In this document: positions 45,519 through 55,981 of the stretch, in pieces
Position numbering within the stretch: the stretch's first letter is position 1
How the letters are laid out: each line of letters opens with the position of its first letter
Position numbers and translations under genes: made by a program
IMG/VR virus record: IMGVR_UViG_3300020385_000010
Length of the DNA stretch: 64,000 bases
Origin: an uncultured virus (IMG/VR IMGVR_UViG_3300020385_000010)
Lineage: Duplodnaviria > Heunggongvirae > Uroviricota > Caudoviricetes
Strand: one strand, 5' to 3'
The notes under the pieces: model-generated
The model's input: only the letters and a program-made list of their open reading frames with translations
What the model was told of the DNA's origin: nothing
Databases searched by the model: none

Positions 45519-47810
45519 ATGAACGGAAGTTACCCAAAGCAGCTAGTATCAGAGGCTGAAAAAAATGATGAGTGGTGCGAAAAGAATTTAGATTCTATAG
45601 CAAAAAACTTAGAAACCTCTAATGAGTCTTTGATAAATGAAAAAAATAAAGATATAAACAATTATATGCTTTATAATGGTCATGTGAATATGAAAGACTA
45701 TGAATATATCACAGACCAATATGGTGTTCCTTACCCTGCTACACTAAATAACTTCCCTATTACTAAAAATAAAATTGACCTTCTTGTAAACGAAGACTTA
45801 AAGCGACCAATAGATAAGAAAGTATCTGCTGTTAATAAAGATGCTGCTTTAAGAAAAGAGAAGTTTAAGATTTCTCTTATAGCTAACAATCTACTGCAAG
45901 AAATAAACGCAGATATAGAAGGTGAGCTTGGTATGGAGTTGGAGATGGATAACAAAGAGTTTCCTATTCCAGACGACATTGATGAGTTTATGAGATATGA
46001 ATACAAGGAAGTTATTGAAGAGGTAGTAAATGACGGACTTGAATATCTTACACGTAAGTATAGATTTAAAGACTTGTTTAAAGACGGCTTTAGAGATATG
46101 CTTGTTACAGGTAAAGAAATATATAAGGCTTACATTAAAGATGGAGACCCTTATGTTCGTAGAGTAGACCCTAGAAGTTTTGTATACGATAAATCTATAG
46201 AGAGTGATTATATAGAAAATGCGCAATGGGCAGCAGAAGAAAGATGGCTAACTGTAAACGAAGTTCTTGACGAGTTTAGAGATTCATTGTCTAAAGACGA
46301 TGTTCGTGAAATTGAAGAGATGCGTCAGCTAGTATCTGCTGATGACTTATCAAGATACAACAACACTATAGAGTGGGTAGACTATGATGCTGATAAAGGA
46401 GTTCGTATTCGTATAATATCAGCTGAGTGGAAATCTATTAAAGCTATTAAGTTTAAAATATCAGAAAACAAATACAATCCTGAGTTTCCATTTAAAAAAG
46501 TGGTTAAAGATGATTACAAGCCACGTAAAAATGAAAACATAGAAACAAGATATGTAGATGATATTTGGGAAGCTACTAAGATAGGTGGTAAGATAATGGT
46601 TAATGCACGTAGACGGCCTAACCAAGTTCGTTCTGTAGATGATGCAGGTACTACACCTCTTTCATATATAGGTGTAATACATAACCATAATACAGGTAAG
46701 TATCACTCTATGGTAGACTTAATGCGTCATGTACAGATGTTATATAACATTGTTATGTATCATATAGAACTTACTATGGCTAGAGCTGGTGGTAAAGCTG
46801 TTATATATGATGTTGCACAAATGCCTACTAACATTGGTATGGATATGCAGACAGTTATGTACCACCTAAAGAATGATGGTATCATACCTATTAATAGTCA
46901 GTCAGAAGGAATGGAGGGTAATACATTTAATCAATTCCAATCTGTAGACTTTACCCTTTCTAATTCTGTTCAACAACTTATTAACCTTAAGATGATGTTA
47001 GAACAGACTGCTGGACAAATCACTGGAGTGTCTCCACAAAGAGAAGGCGCTGTTGAGCAGTATGAGTATGTAGGTAATGTACAGCGTTCTGTTGTGCAGT
47101 CTTCATTAGCAACTGAAGGATGGTTTCACCAACATAATGAATTAAAGAAGTTAGTCTTTGAAAGGCTAGCTAACTTAATGAAGCTTGCTTGGGCAGGCGG
47201 AAAAAAGGCAGGATACATTTTAGGAGATGGCGGTTACGCTTTCTTAAATGTACTTCCTGATGTAGCTTTAAATGATTACGGAGTATTTGTAGGTGATGGT
47301 GGAAAAGATGATGCTATGAAGCAAATGCTACAACAAATGTCGCAAGCTGCCCTGCAAAGTGGAACAATTAATATGCTTGATGTAATTAAAGTTCTTAAGG
47401 CTGATACAATGACAGAAGCAGAGCATATACTAGAGAGAGGTATTGAAGCTATGCAGAAACAACAACAATCTATGCAAGAACAGCAAATGCAAATGCAACA
47501 AGCTGAGTCTGAGGCTAAACAAGCAGACAAAGAGTTTGAGATGCAGAAAGCACAGCTAGATGTTGAAGGTAAAGTTAAAGTTGCAGAGATTAATGCACAA
47601 GCTAGAATAGAGGCTCAAGAAATTGCTTCTCAAGCCGATAGAGATATAGATGATGTTCGTGAAAAAGGAAAGCTTCAATCAAAAGCTATTGATGCAGACA
47701 TTCAAAGTCAGATGGCTGAAAAGAAATCAGAATCTGATAGAAAAATGATGGCAGAAAAAGCTAAACACGACAAGGAAATAGCATCAAAAAAAGTAAAGGA
47801 AAAAAAGTAA
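45519..47810 (+). CDS. Portal protein
   Basis: 763 aa after terL; RRVDP, ITGVSPQREG, Gln-rich C-terminal coil. Confidence 0.9.
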   Translation: MNGSYPKQLVSEAEKNDEWCEKNLDSIAKNLETSNESLINEKNKDINNYMLYNGHVNMKDYEYITDQYGVPYPATLNNFPITKNKIDLLVNEDLKRPIDKKVSAVNKDAALRKEKFKISLIANNLLQEINADIEGELGMELEMDNKEFPIPDDIDEFMRYEYKEVIEEVVNDGLEYLTRKYRFKDLFKDGFRDMLVTGKEIYKAYIKDGDPYVRRVDPRSFVYDKSIESDYIENAQWAAEERWLTVNEVLDEFRDSLSKDDVREIEEMRQLVSADDLSRYNNTIEWVDYDADKGVRIRIISAEWKSIKAIKFKISENKYNPEFPFKKVVKDDYKPRKNENIETRYVDDIWEATKIGGKIMVNARRRPNQVRSVDDAGTTPLSYIGVIHNHNTGKYHSMVDLMRHVQMLYNIVMYHIELTMARAGGKAVIYDVAQMPTNIGMDMQTVMYHLKNDGIIPINSQSEGMEGNTFNQFQSVDFTLSNSVQQLINLKMMLEQTAGQITGVSPQREGAVEQYEYVGNVQRSVVQSSLATEGWFHQHNELKKLVFERLANLMKLAWAGGKKAGYILGDGGYAFLNVLPDVALNDYGVFVGDGGKDDAMKQMLQQMSQAALQSGTINMLDVIKVLKADTMTEAEHILERGIEAMQKQQQSMQEQQMQMQQAESEAKQADKEFEMQKAQLDVEGKVKVAEINAQARIEAQEIASQADRDIDDVREKGKLQSKAIDADIQSQMAEKKSESDRKMMAEKAKHDKEIASKKVKEKK

Positions 47811-47818
47811 TATATTTG
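47811..47818 (+). promoter_or_regulatory. Bacteroidota -7 element for the scaffold/MCP genes
   Basis: TATATTTG, same 8-mer as at 10139. Confidence 0.6.
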
Positions 47819-47843
47819 TAACGCAGGAAATAAACTTAAAATC

Positions 47844-48920
47844 ATGGCAGAAGAAAGCAAAATTATTGATGAAGTAGTTTCTCAAGCAGAAGAAACTCAA
47901 CAGACAACAGAAAATAGTAACGAGACCGAAGCAAAAGCATTTGATGCTAGTGCGTTCACTGGTTACGATAAAAGTAAAAAAGGTAATACACTTGACAAAG
48001 AAGCACTCAAAGACGATGGCGCAGATGAACCGAATGAGCAAGTTGAGGAGGTTCAAGACAATGCAGAGCCAGAAGAGCAACCTGCAGAGTCGGATAGCTT
48101 TTCTTGGGACGATGTTAAGACCGAAGAGAAACAAGTAGAAGCCGAAAAAGCTACTGAAGTAGAAGCTGAAGAAGATTGGGACGAGGCAGAACAAACTGCT
48201 AAAGAACCAGAACCGCAAGCTGCTGCTACAGAAATTGACTGGTCAGAGATGGGTCAAGAGCTTAATGTAAATGCAAACACAAAAGAAGAGTTTGTAGCAC
48301 AGGTTAAGCAAATGATGGAAAATCCTGTAAAGGACAATGACGTAGTAGGAAATCTAAAAGAATATTTAGATATGTCCGACAGAGATTTAGTTATTGCAGA
48401 TTTAAAAGCTGCTAACTATGACGATGACTACGTTAACGATACGGTTGATAGAATGGAAGATGCTGGTCTTATTAAAAGAGAAGCAACAACTATTCGTCAC
48501 CAACTTAACAAGCATATTATGACTGAACGTCAGAATTTGCAAAAGGCTGAGAAAGAAAAAACCGAAGCTGCACAGAAAGAGTCTGTGGAGTCTAGAAAGA
48601 ATTTACAGAAGTTGATTAAAGGAAAGGATGAATTCTTTGGTGGTAAAGTTTCTCAGAATGAAAAAAAGAACTTATATAATTACATTATAAAAGGCGATTT
48701 TGCCGAGGATATTTTTAGCAATCATGCCAATGTTGCGGATGCTGCCTTCCTATGGCGAAATAAAGAAAAGATTTTCAAAATGATGAGAACGCAAGGCGTT
48801 GAACAAGGAAAATCGTCGGTATTAAATGGAATCACATCTCCAAGCAGTAACACTCGAAACTCGAAAAGTTACAAGCCAAAGAGTGATAAATTTGACCCAA
48901 GTGCCTTTTCAAAAAAGTAA
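47844..48920 (+). CDS. Putative scaffolding protein
   Basis: Acidic N-terminus and coiled coil; between portal and MCP. Confidence 0.65.
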   Translation: MAEESKIIDEVVSQAEETQQTTENSNETEAKAFDASAFTGYDKSKKGNTLDKEALKDDGADEPNEQVEEVQDNAEPEEQPAESDSFSWDDVKTEEKQVEAEKATEVEAEEDWDEAEQTAKEPEPQAAATEIDWSEMGQELNVNANTKEEFVAQVKQMMENPVKDNDVVGNLKEYLDMSDRDLVIADLKAANYDDDYVNDTVDRMEDAGLIKREATTIRHQLNKHIMTERQNLQKAEKEKTEAAQKESVESRKNLQKLIKGKDEFFGGKVSQNEKKNLYNYIIKGDFAEDIFSNHANVADAAFLWRNKEKIFKMMRTQGVEQGKSSVLNGITSPSSNTRNSKSYKPKSDKFDPSAFSKK

Positions 48921-48964
48921 TTATAAGTTAATAAATTATTTTTTAACATAAAAATTTACTTAAA

Positions 48965-50368
48965 ATGGCTAATATTTATAGCGGACAATATGGTAAAGAG
49001 ACTACTAGCGAAAATGCGTTAGTAACTAACTTACTTAAATATCCAGAGATTGCTGCAAAATTAATTGAGCAGTATCCACGATTCTCCCTTACTTACCTAT
49101 TAAATGGATTAGGTTTTAACGCAGGAGAAAAAATTATCGGTGACTATGCTTTCGAATGGAAAGTTCAAGGTCGTTACCGCAAACCAGGTGTTTTAAATGC
49201 AACTTTTGATGGAGCAACTGCAGGCTCAACGTTTACTGCGGTTTTAAAGCACGGTTCAGGAAATTACGGAGATAACTTAAATGTTAACGATGTAGTTCGT
49301 TTCAAAGATGGTTCTACTGCTATGGTAACAGATGTACCTTCAGCAAGTGGTTCTACTAATACTGTAACGTTTAGAGCAATTGATTCTACTGTAGCTGCTG
49401 GTTCTGCTGCTGCTGCAGGTGATATTATCGGTTGTATTGGTAATGCATTTAACCAAGGGTCTTTAGCATCTGAGGTTGGACAAAACTACAGCTACCCAGA
49501 TACTTACAAGAACTGGTTAACTCTTTCTCGTAAGAAATGTAAAATCATGGGTACTGACCTTACTGATGTAACTTGGATTGAAAACAATGGTCACAGACTT
49601 TGGTACTTTACTAAAGAGCAACAAATGACTGACCAATTCATGTACGAGCTTGAATTGAACCGATGGTATGGTAAGAAAACTATGGCTGGTGATTCTAGTT
49701 TCCCTGGAGCTAGAGGTACAGCTACTTCAGGTCTTCCAATTATGGGTGACGGGCTACTTGCTCAAATTGACGCTTCTAACCAAGCAACTTATACTGCTGG
49801 TGCATTATCAGAAGAAGATATTGTAAACTATATCGGTGTTCTTTCTAAGAATGCTTTATCTCCTGAAGGAAATGTATGGACTGTGTACACTGGTACTCAA
49901 GGACGTATCGACTTCCACAGAGCGATGAAAGACTTACTAGTATCTGGTGGTGCTGGTGGTGCTGAGATGATGGCTAAAGGTGGTTCTTCTGTATCACTAG
50001 GTGCTAACTTCTCTGAATACAATGTACTTGGAAACAAGATGGTATTAGCTTACTGTCCTGTATTTGATGACCCTAACTTACACTCTGCTACTTCAGCTAC
50101 ATTTGATTCTTCAAATGAGTCTGGTAAAATGGTATTCTTAGACATGGGTCAGCAACAAGGTGTTGCTAATGTTGAGCTTATTGCTAAAGGTGCTGAAGGA
50201 ATGTCTCGTAACTTCGTTAAGAAATACGTTCCTGGTATGGTTAACCCTTATGACTATAGCTCTATGATGGCTGCTTCAGGTGATGACTTCTTCGAGTGTC
50301 AGATTTTAACTGAATCTGGTATTATCGTAAGAAACCCATTATCTTGTGGTATCTTATCTAACTCGTAA
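48965..50368 (+). CDS. Major capsid protein, crAss-like
   Basis: 467 aa, strongly biased codons, FEWKVQG, YTGTQG, PVFDD; followed by a terminator. Confidence 0.88.
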   Translation: MANIYSGQYGKETTSENALVTNLLKYPEIAAKLIEQYPRFSLTYLLNGLGFNAGEKIIGDYAFEWKVQGRYRKPGVLNATFDGATAGSTFTAVLKHGSGNYGDNLNVNDVVRFKDGSTAMVTDVPSASGSTNTVTFRAIDSTVAAGSAAAAGDIIGCIGNAFNQGSLASEVGQNYSYPDTYKNWLTLSRKKCKIMGTDLTDVTWIENNGHRLWYFTKEQQMTDQFMYELELNRWYGKKTMAGDSSFPGARGTATSGLPIMGDGLLAQIDASNQATYTAGALSEEDIVNYIGVLSKNALSPEGNVWTVYTGTQGRIDFHRAMKDLLVSGGAGGAEMMAKGGSSVSLGANFSEYNVLGNKMVLAYCPVFDDPNLHSATSATFDSSNESGKMVFLDMGQQQGVANVELIAKGAEGMSRNFVKKYVPGMVNPYDYSSMMAASGDDFFECQILTESGIIVRNPLSCGILSNS

Positions 50369-50383
50369 TTTAAAATTTATAAC

Positions 50384-50410
50384 AGGAGGTAGCAATACCT
50401 CCTCTTATTA
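50384..50410 (+). terminator. Intrinsic terminator after MCP
   Basis: AGGAGGTA-GCAA-TACCTCCT then CTTATTA. Confidence 0.7.
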
Positions 50411-50431
50411 TTAACTTATAAAAAAAATAAA

Positions 50432-50746
50432 ATGGCTGAAAAATTTATATATGCTGTAGTAGCTGATGATAATGCTACTGCATGGCCTTTAAGCAAATTA
50501 ATTGATATTCGGTATGTTAACACTACTAGTATTGATTTATTTTTTGAAGGAAAAGTAGGTGCTGATTCTGCAGATAAACTACAATTAACTACTGTAGCTG
50601 GAAAATCTAACCCTTTAATGCAAGAATTATGTGATGTTTTTTACAATCACAAATCTGGTGCTATTATTAAAATAGGAGATAATGTTAAAAGTGAATTTGT
50701 AAGCAGTAGTATTTCTGCTATAGCAAGTATAACTTTAGCTAGTTAA
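50432..50746 (+). CDS. Small virion protein, paralog A1
   Basis: Shares K[F/Y]xY...PLS[K/R]L..I with 50769..51077. Confidence 0.55.
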   Translation: MAEKFIYAVVADDNATAWPLSKLIDIRYVNTTSIDLFFEGKVGADSADKLQLTTVAGKSNPLMQELCDVFYNHKSGAIIKIGDNVKSEFVSSSISAIASITLAS

Positions 50747-50768
50747 TAATATTTAAAAATTTAACAAA

Positions 50769-51077
50769 ATGGCAAAAGATAAATATTTATACTTTAACGA
50801 CATTGTAGGTTCTACAAAAAGAACTGTTGTACCTTTAAGTAGACTTCATCATATTGATGTAGGAGCTTCAACGGTTACTATGGTATTTGATAATCACCAA
50901 GATTCTACAGAAAATGATGCGGCAACTGTTTCTATTGCTCTAACAACTGGAGCTGATGAAGAAGAAATAACTTTAGAACAAATTGCAAAACTTTGCGCAA
51001 ACCATAGAGGTGGATGCCTGGATATTCGAACCGCATTAAGTAAGGTAACCGAAATAGCAATTACAGAGGTTCCATAA
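50769..51077 (+). CDS. Small virion protein, paralog A2
   Basis: See the previous ORF. Confidence 0.55.
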   Translation: MAKDKYLYFNDIVGSTKRTVVPLSRLHHIDVGASTVTMVFDNHQDSTENDAATVSIALTTGADEEEITLEQIAKLCANHRGGCLDIRTALSKVTEIAITEVP

Positions 51078-51110
51078 TTAATTAACAAAATTTAAAAAAA
51101 ATAAATAAAA

Positions 51111-51545
51111 ATGAAAGACGTATTTACAGTAAAACGTTCCGCTGATGGCGATGATGTTTTAAAAAGCCTGAATGGTCACATTCAAAATGTAATTTCAGTT
51201 TCTTCTGCAGCTGACTATAATTTAGAAGATGTAGAATCGGGTTCAGTCATTGTTTTAACTAAAGGTGGCGTAACAACAGTTACACTACCTGCTGCATCAA
51301 AAGGATTGAATTACAGAATAATTATGGGAAGCGCTCAAAATCATGTTATTGATGGAGGGGCTACATTAATTCAAGGAGATATATTGGATTTTACTAATGC
51401 TACTACTTTAGCCAGAACTTCTGTTGCTAATAAAAGTAGTATTACAACGGCTAATACAGCAATTGGCGACCATTTAGATTTTTTATCTGACGGTGTTAAT
51501 TGGTATGTTACTGGCTTACTAAATGATACTCCTACTTTAGCGTAG
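51111..51545 (+). CDS. Capsid decoration-like protein
   Basis: SGSVI...TVTLPAA..GLNY...GD.L.F.SDGVNWYV. Confidence 0.6.
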   Translation: MKDVFTVKRSADGDDVLKSLNGHIQNVISVSSAADYNLEDVESGSVIVLTKGGVTTVTLPAASKGLNYRIIMGSAQNHVIDGGATLIQGDILDFTNATTLARTSVANKSSITTANTAIGDHLDFLSDGVNWYVTGLLNDTPTLA

Positions 51546-51562
51546 ATAATTAATATACTCAT

Positions 51563-51588
51563 CCCCTCTTCGGAGGGGGTGTTTTACT
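51563..51588 (+). terminator. Intrinsic terminator
   Basis: CCCCTC-TTCG-GAGGGG followed by GTGTTTTAC. Confidence 0.75.
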
Positions 51589-51595
51589 TGTTAGC

Positions 51596-52510
51596 ATGAA
51601 TGCAAAAATTATAGTTCCGTTTAAAGATACTGGAGGCAAGGAAATGATTACATCTCCTAGCAATAGAGATATAGTCGGTAGTAGTTTAGGTAATTGGAGT
51701 CAAGTAAATACAACAACTATAGTCGCTTTATATGGTGCTATATTTGCAACTATAACTTCTACTTCAAATGCACAAGGAGTTGAGTTAGGTTATACTTTTT
51801 TAGAACCTATTCACATAGGTATGACTTATAATGTTTCTTGTTTTTTAGCTGTAACTAATACTGATGGCAATACAGGTAATCATTATCAATTTTCATTTGG
51901 TAATGCTTTTTCTAGTGGATTTAATTTATCTGCGCCTGAAAGCGCTACAAATAAAGAATCTGCAGATTTAGTAGCAACAAGTAAAACATCTAATTTAAAA
52001 TTACAAAAAGAATATGCTGCAAATCCTAGTCAAGCTTTTTTCGCAAGAGAATTTAGAGTTACAGAAAAATGCTTTACTAGAGTTATAGATAGAAGTGAAA
52101 ATGATACTTTATTTTATGTAGAGTCTTATGGAACTTTAGATACTTCAAGTAGTCCTATTGGAGTTTTAGGTGGGGCAACATGTATTAAAATAGTTCTTCC
52201 ACCTCCTTTTTTAGGTGCTTATTATGAATTTGTAGTTTCTAATTCAATTACGAAACTAAATGGAACTGTTGGTACGTTAAATAAACCAATTATATTTGTA
52301 GCTACTTCTTCTAAAGGCGAAGAAGGAGCAACAATTATAAGTTATAATGTCCATGAAACAGAAGGAGCAATAAATGTAGGAACAGGTAAAACTTCTGTAA
52401 CAATAGGAAGGGCAGCTAATAATACAGTAGGAGATAATTTAAGATTTACTTCTGATGGAACGAATTGGTTTTGCATAGGAAGTACAGATTTAGCAAGTTT
52501 TGAAGCATAA
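51596..52510 (+). CDS. Decoration-like protein with an extra jelly-roll domain
   Basis: C-terminal IVLPPP..G...VGDNLRFTSDGTNWF is paralogous to 51111..51545. Confidence 0.55.
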   Translation: MNAKIIVPFKDTGGKEMITSPSNRDIVGSSLGNWSQVNTTTIVALYGAIFATITSTSNAQGVELGYTFLEPIHIGMTYNVSCFLAVTNTDGNTGNHYQFSFGNAFSSGFNLSAPESATNKESADLVATSKTSNLKLQKEYAANPSQAFFAREFRVTEKCFTRVIDRSENDTLFYVESYGTLDTSSSPIGVLGGATCIKIVLPPPFLGAYYEFVVSNSITKLNGTVGTLNKPIIFVATSSKGEEGATIISYNVHETEGAINVGTGKTSVTIGRAANNTVGDNLRFTSDGTNWFCIGSTDLASFEA

Positions 52511-52511
52511 T

Positions 52512-52652
52512 ATGAGTAGTTATAAAAAAATATACAAAGTAGTAGATGGTAAGGTTGTTGAAGTACAACCTAAAAAGCATAAACTACAAACAAAAATTAA
52601 AGTCAAAGGACCAGGCTTAAATTGGTCTTATAAATCAGGAAGTAAAGTTTAA
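52512..52652 (+). CDS. 46-aa basic protein (not in the ORF track)
   Basis: MSSYKKIYKVVDGKVVEVQPKKHKLQTKIKVKGPGLNWSYKSGSKV. Confidence 0.5.
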   Translation: MSSYKKIYKVVDGKVVEVQPKKHKLQTKIKVKGPGLNWSYKSGSKV

Positions 52653-52668
52653 ATTAAAGAAAGTAAAA

Positions 52669-53421
52669 ATGGAAACAAAGCAAACAATTGTTTATGCATG
52701 TAGCAAGCCTACAAAAATGAATTATGTATTTTTTGGAAACTACAAAGATAAAACAGGTAGATTACACGAATACATGGACATTAACGGTATGGAACACAGA
52801 GGATTCTCTCACACCCAACCAACTCTCTCGTTAGATATTTCACACGAATCACACAGACTGTTAGATGAGTTTTTAGCAACACATCCATTAGTTATGAATG
52901 GTAAGTGGACAAGAACTGACATTAGAGAAAAGCAAACAAAAGAAACAAAAACTGTATTAGACTCAGCTCAAGCTATTATTGAGGCAGCTAAAATGAATAC
53001 TAAAGATGTATTTGATTTTGCTAAATTAGCAGGGTTTGGTAACAACTCTAACGCAGACGTACTAAGAGCTAAGATTATAAAGTTAGCACAAGAAGATGCT
53101 AATAAGTTTATGGCTATACATTTTGACCCAGAGAAGTCTTATAGAACATTTATTGTAGATGCTTTAAAGTCAAAAAAATTGTCATATGAAAATGCTACTT
53201 TTATGTACGGAAAGGAAGCTATTGGACTTAACGAAGAGCAAGTTATTGTTTGGTTAAAAGAAAACAAAGACATTTATGCAATCTTACGACAGGAACTGCG
53301 TGGTGGTCAACCTTCGATTGAACAAAGAAAACCGATTGAAGTCAAATCACAGCAAAAGAAAGAAGTTGAAGCAGAAGTTAGAAGCGAGAAGACTAAAACA
53401 CAGGCTAAACAAGGCAAGTAA
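52669..53421 (+). CDS. Conserved crAss-like capsid-module protein (gene 75-like by position)
   Basis: Position after MCP; IGLNEEQVIVWLK..N motif. Confidence 0.55.
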   Translation: METKQTIVYACSKPTKMNYVFFGNYKDKTGRLHEYMDINGMEHRGFSHTQPTLSLDISHESHRLLDEFLATHPLVMNGKWTRTDIREKQTKETKTVLDSAQAIIEAAKMNTKDVFDFAKLAGFGNNSNADVLRAKIIKLAQEDANKFMAIHFDPEKSYRTFIVDALKSKKLSYENATFMYGKEAIGLNEEQVIVWLKENKDIYAILRQELRGGQPSIEQRKPIEVKSQQKKEVEAEVRSEKTKTQAKQGK

Positions 53422-53434
53422 AAAATAAAACAAT

Positions 53435-53929
53435 ATGGCTAGTACTATAACACCAGCAACATTAACAGTTAAAATATCAGAATCTGTCATATTAAATGGT
53501 TCTGAGCAAGGTAACACTAACACTATAACTGTTAGTAATATTAATGAAATATCAAGAGAAATATTTCATTGCGATACATCTGAAAATAATTTGCTTTGGT
53601 TTATAGACGAAATAGCATCAGCTGATACTGGTAGCGGGCATAATAGATTTCTTAGAAATAAAGTTATGTATGTTAGAATAACAAATTTAGATGACACTAA
53701 CTATGTTACTTTAACTGTTAGAAATCACAGCGATGATGAATTTGCTATAAAATTAAGTGCTGGTGCTTCTTTTATTGTAAATGGAGCAAGTAGTACTGCT
53801 GTTAATAACATTTTTGATGCTAGTGGTAATGCAATAAGCCCTGCTTCAACTTTGGGAGATTTATATAGTATTAATGGCCTTGCAAACACTGCTAATTGTG
53901 ACTTAGAAATGTTTGTAGCAAGTATTTAA
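53435..53929 (+). CDS. Structural protein, paralog B1
   Basis: TLTVKISESVILNG, YVRITNLDD, CDLEMFVA. Confidence 0.65.
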   Translation: MASTITPATLTVKISESVILNGSEQGNTNTITVSNINEISREIFHCDTSENNLLWFIDEIASADTGSGHNRFLRNKVMYVRITNLDDTNYVTLTVRNHSDDEFAIKLSAGASFIVNGASSTAVNNIFDASGNAISPASTLGDLYSINGLANTANCDLEMFVASI

Positions 53930-53944
53930 TTAAATTAAAATAAA

Positions 53945-54643
53945 ATGGCAACAACTTTATCTTCATCTACCTTAACTGTTAAATTAACAGAATCTATTTT
54001 ATTAAATGGAATAGACCAAGGTGGAACAAATACTTTAGCTATTTCTGGCATAAAACAAGTGCATAAAAGAATAATAACTATGCCTTTCGATGATGTTAGC
54101 GACCCTATTGATGCTGCAGAAAGAAAATTACTTCATATTACTAGTAGCCGCGCAGCTGGACAATATGTAGTTGCAGATATAAGGTACGTTAGAATAACTA
54201 ATTTAGATAATTCTGTAGCAGTTAATATAAGGCTTCAAGGTGCTAATTTTGCTGATACAACTATTACTGGCGCTACATATAACAATCAGACTGCTATTAC
54301 ACATAGTTCTAATTCAGCTGTAGAACTTGGTATGAGTGTTACAGGAGATGGAATACCAGAAGGAGCTCGTGTTGCATCAATTACAAGCAATACAGCATTT
54401 GTGTTAAGCGCCGCAACTACTGGTGGTCTAAAAGAAAACAAGACTTTAGCTTTAACAGCAGGATTTAAACAAAGATTAGACCCTGGTTGTAGTATGTTGT
54501 TTACAAGCAGCTCTACTACAGGTTTAGTAGGTTATGCAAAAAACGAAAATTTACTTGCAGGTACTTTAGAAGATTTAACAGAAATTCATGCAGAAACAAC
54601 AACAGCTGCTTGTGATTTAGAACTTTTTATAGCAACCGTATAG
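53945..54643 (+). CDS. Structural protein, paralog B2, with an inserted beta domain
   Basis: Same motifs as B1 plus a roughly 65-aa GMSVTG.GIP insert. Confidence 0.65.
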   Translation: MATTLSSSTLTVKLTESILLNGIDQGGTNTLAISGIKQVHKRIITMPFDDVSDPIDAAERKLLHITSSRAAGQYVVADIRYVRITNLDNSVAVNIRLQGANFADTTITGATYNNQTAITHSSNSAVELGMSVTGDGIPEGARVASITSNTAFVLSAATTGGLKENKTLALTAGFKQRLDPGCSMLFTSSSTTGLVGYAKNENLLAGTLEDLTEIHAETTTAACDLELFIATV

Positions 54644-54644
54644 T

Positions 54645-55244
54645 ATGGCAGTAGCGTTAACAGGTAGTTCAGGTATGTATGCTCGTATTAGGCAACTAAT
54701 AGACCGAGAAGATGCAGCTTATTTTACTGATACAGAACTAGGAAAGTTTTTAGAATCTGCAGTAGATGAGTTTGTAAATCAGTATTATGGAGTATTTGAA
54801 GTTAATCAAGAGGTTAGGGATAAGTTACAAAGCTTAGTCGCTAAAAATACAGTTTCTTTCCCTGGTAGCACTTTAGAATATGCAGTAAGTAGTTTAACAG
54901 ATTATATGAGATTACTTAGTGCAACATTAACTAATGACCCTAAAACAAGAGTTAAAATAATTCAGTTAAGTGATTTGTCTGCTTATCTATCTGACCCTTT
55001 TAACAAAGCTACAGATGAAGCGCCAGTTATGTATATGGAAGGTAGCAAACTACACCTTTTAGGACCATCTAAAACAACAAGTGTAGATGTTTATCATCTT
55101 AAATATACTAATACATTTAGTAATTTACCAAATCACACATATGAAGAATTATGTAATATAACAGCTCGTAGAATCTTGGCGACATTGGGAGACCCAAGAT
55201 ACGAAATTCAAGCAAGAGAAACGACTGCTGAAAAACGAGGTTAA
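54645..55244 (+). CDS. Tail ring/head-tail adaptor protein
   Basis: YFTDTELGKFL, LP.HTYEEL; crAss-like gene order. Confidence 0.65.
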   Translation: MAVALTGSSGMYARIRQLIDREDAAYFTDTELGKFLESAVDEFVNQYYGVFEVNQEVRDKLQSLVAKNTVSFPGSTLEYAVSSLTDYMRLLSATLTNDPKTRVKIIQLSDLSAYLSDPFNKATDEAPVMYMEGSKLHLLGPSKTTSVDVYHLKYTNTFSNLPNHTYEELCNITARRILATLGDPRYEIQARETTAEKRG

Positions 55245-55270
55245 AGATGCTTTTTGCTCCCTGCTTTCTT

Positions 55271-55308
55271 GAAAGGGTAGTGTAGGGAAACTTACCTACC
55301 CTTTCTTT
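55271..55308 (+). terminator. Stem-loop or terminator
   Basis: GAAAGGGTAG...CTACCCTTTC followed by TTT. Confidence 0.6.
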
Positions 55309-55321
55309 AAAATAAAAGAAT

Positions 55322-55981
55322 ATGGCAACATTAAATGAAATAGCATACAACATTAGAAACATCGCAGAAGGTGGCGTAGCTTCTGATGACTCTAATATTA
55401 CATTAAGACAGACTAAGTATATGGTACATTACCATCGTGCTAATCTTCTTCTTCAGTACACAGACAATGGTCGTAAGACTTCTGATGTTATGTATCAGGT
55501 TGATAAGATGGTTCCAAGCAAGAATGGAGTTGATTTAAAGGCTTTTATAGGCTTTAATGACAATCGCTCTATAAGAAGTATAGCTTTAAGGTCTACAAGC
55601 GATAAGAACGAAGATTTTGAGTTATTGCCTTTATTTAAAGAGCACGATAAAATGTTTGCTCAAAATTCTAGATTTATTAAACACGCTGCAAAAAAATATG
55701 CTACTATTCAAAGTGGCAAATTGTATGTTTACGAAGGTTCAGATATATTTAATAGCAGTAGTTATGAGTTAGAGGTTACGGCTATATATTCAAATCCTAC
55801 TCAAATTGATAGCTATATAGATGATGACACTACTCAGTATCCATTACCTCAAGAGTTGATAAGTATACTAACAGAAACTATATTAGCAAAAGAATTTAGA
55901 ATGATTCTTGGTATTCCTTCTGATACACCAAACGACCAAAGAGATGAGAAAACAGAAAGAAAGAAAGCTGGAGCTAAATAG
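55322..55981 (+). CDS. Tail ring protein
   Basis: TLNEIAYNI, YHRANLL, YSNP, YPLP, DTPND. Confidence 0.7.
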   Translation: MATLNEIAYNIRNIAEGGVASDDSNITLRQTKYMVHYHRANLLLQYTDNGRKTSDVMYQVDKMVPSKNGVDLKAFIGFNDNRSIRSIALRSTSDKNEDFELLPLFKEHDKMFAQNSRFIKHAAKKYATIQSGKLYVYEGSDIFNSSSYELEVTAIYSNPTQIDSYIDDDTTQYPLPQELISILTETILAKEFRMILGIPSDTPNDQRDEKTERKKAGAK

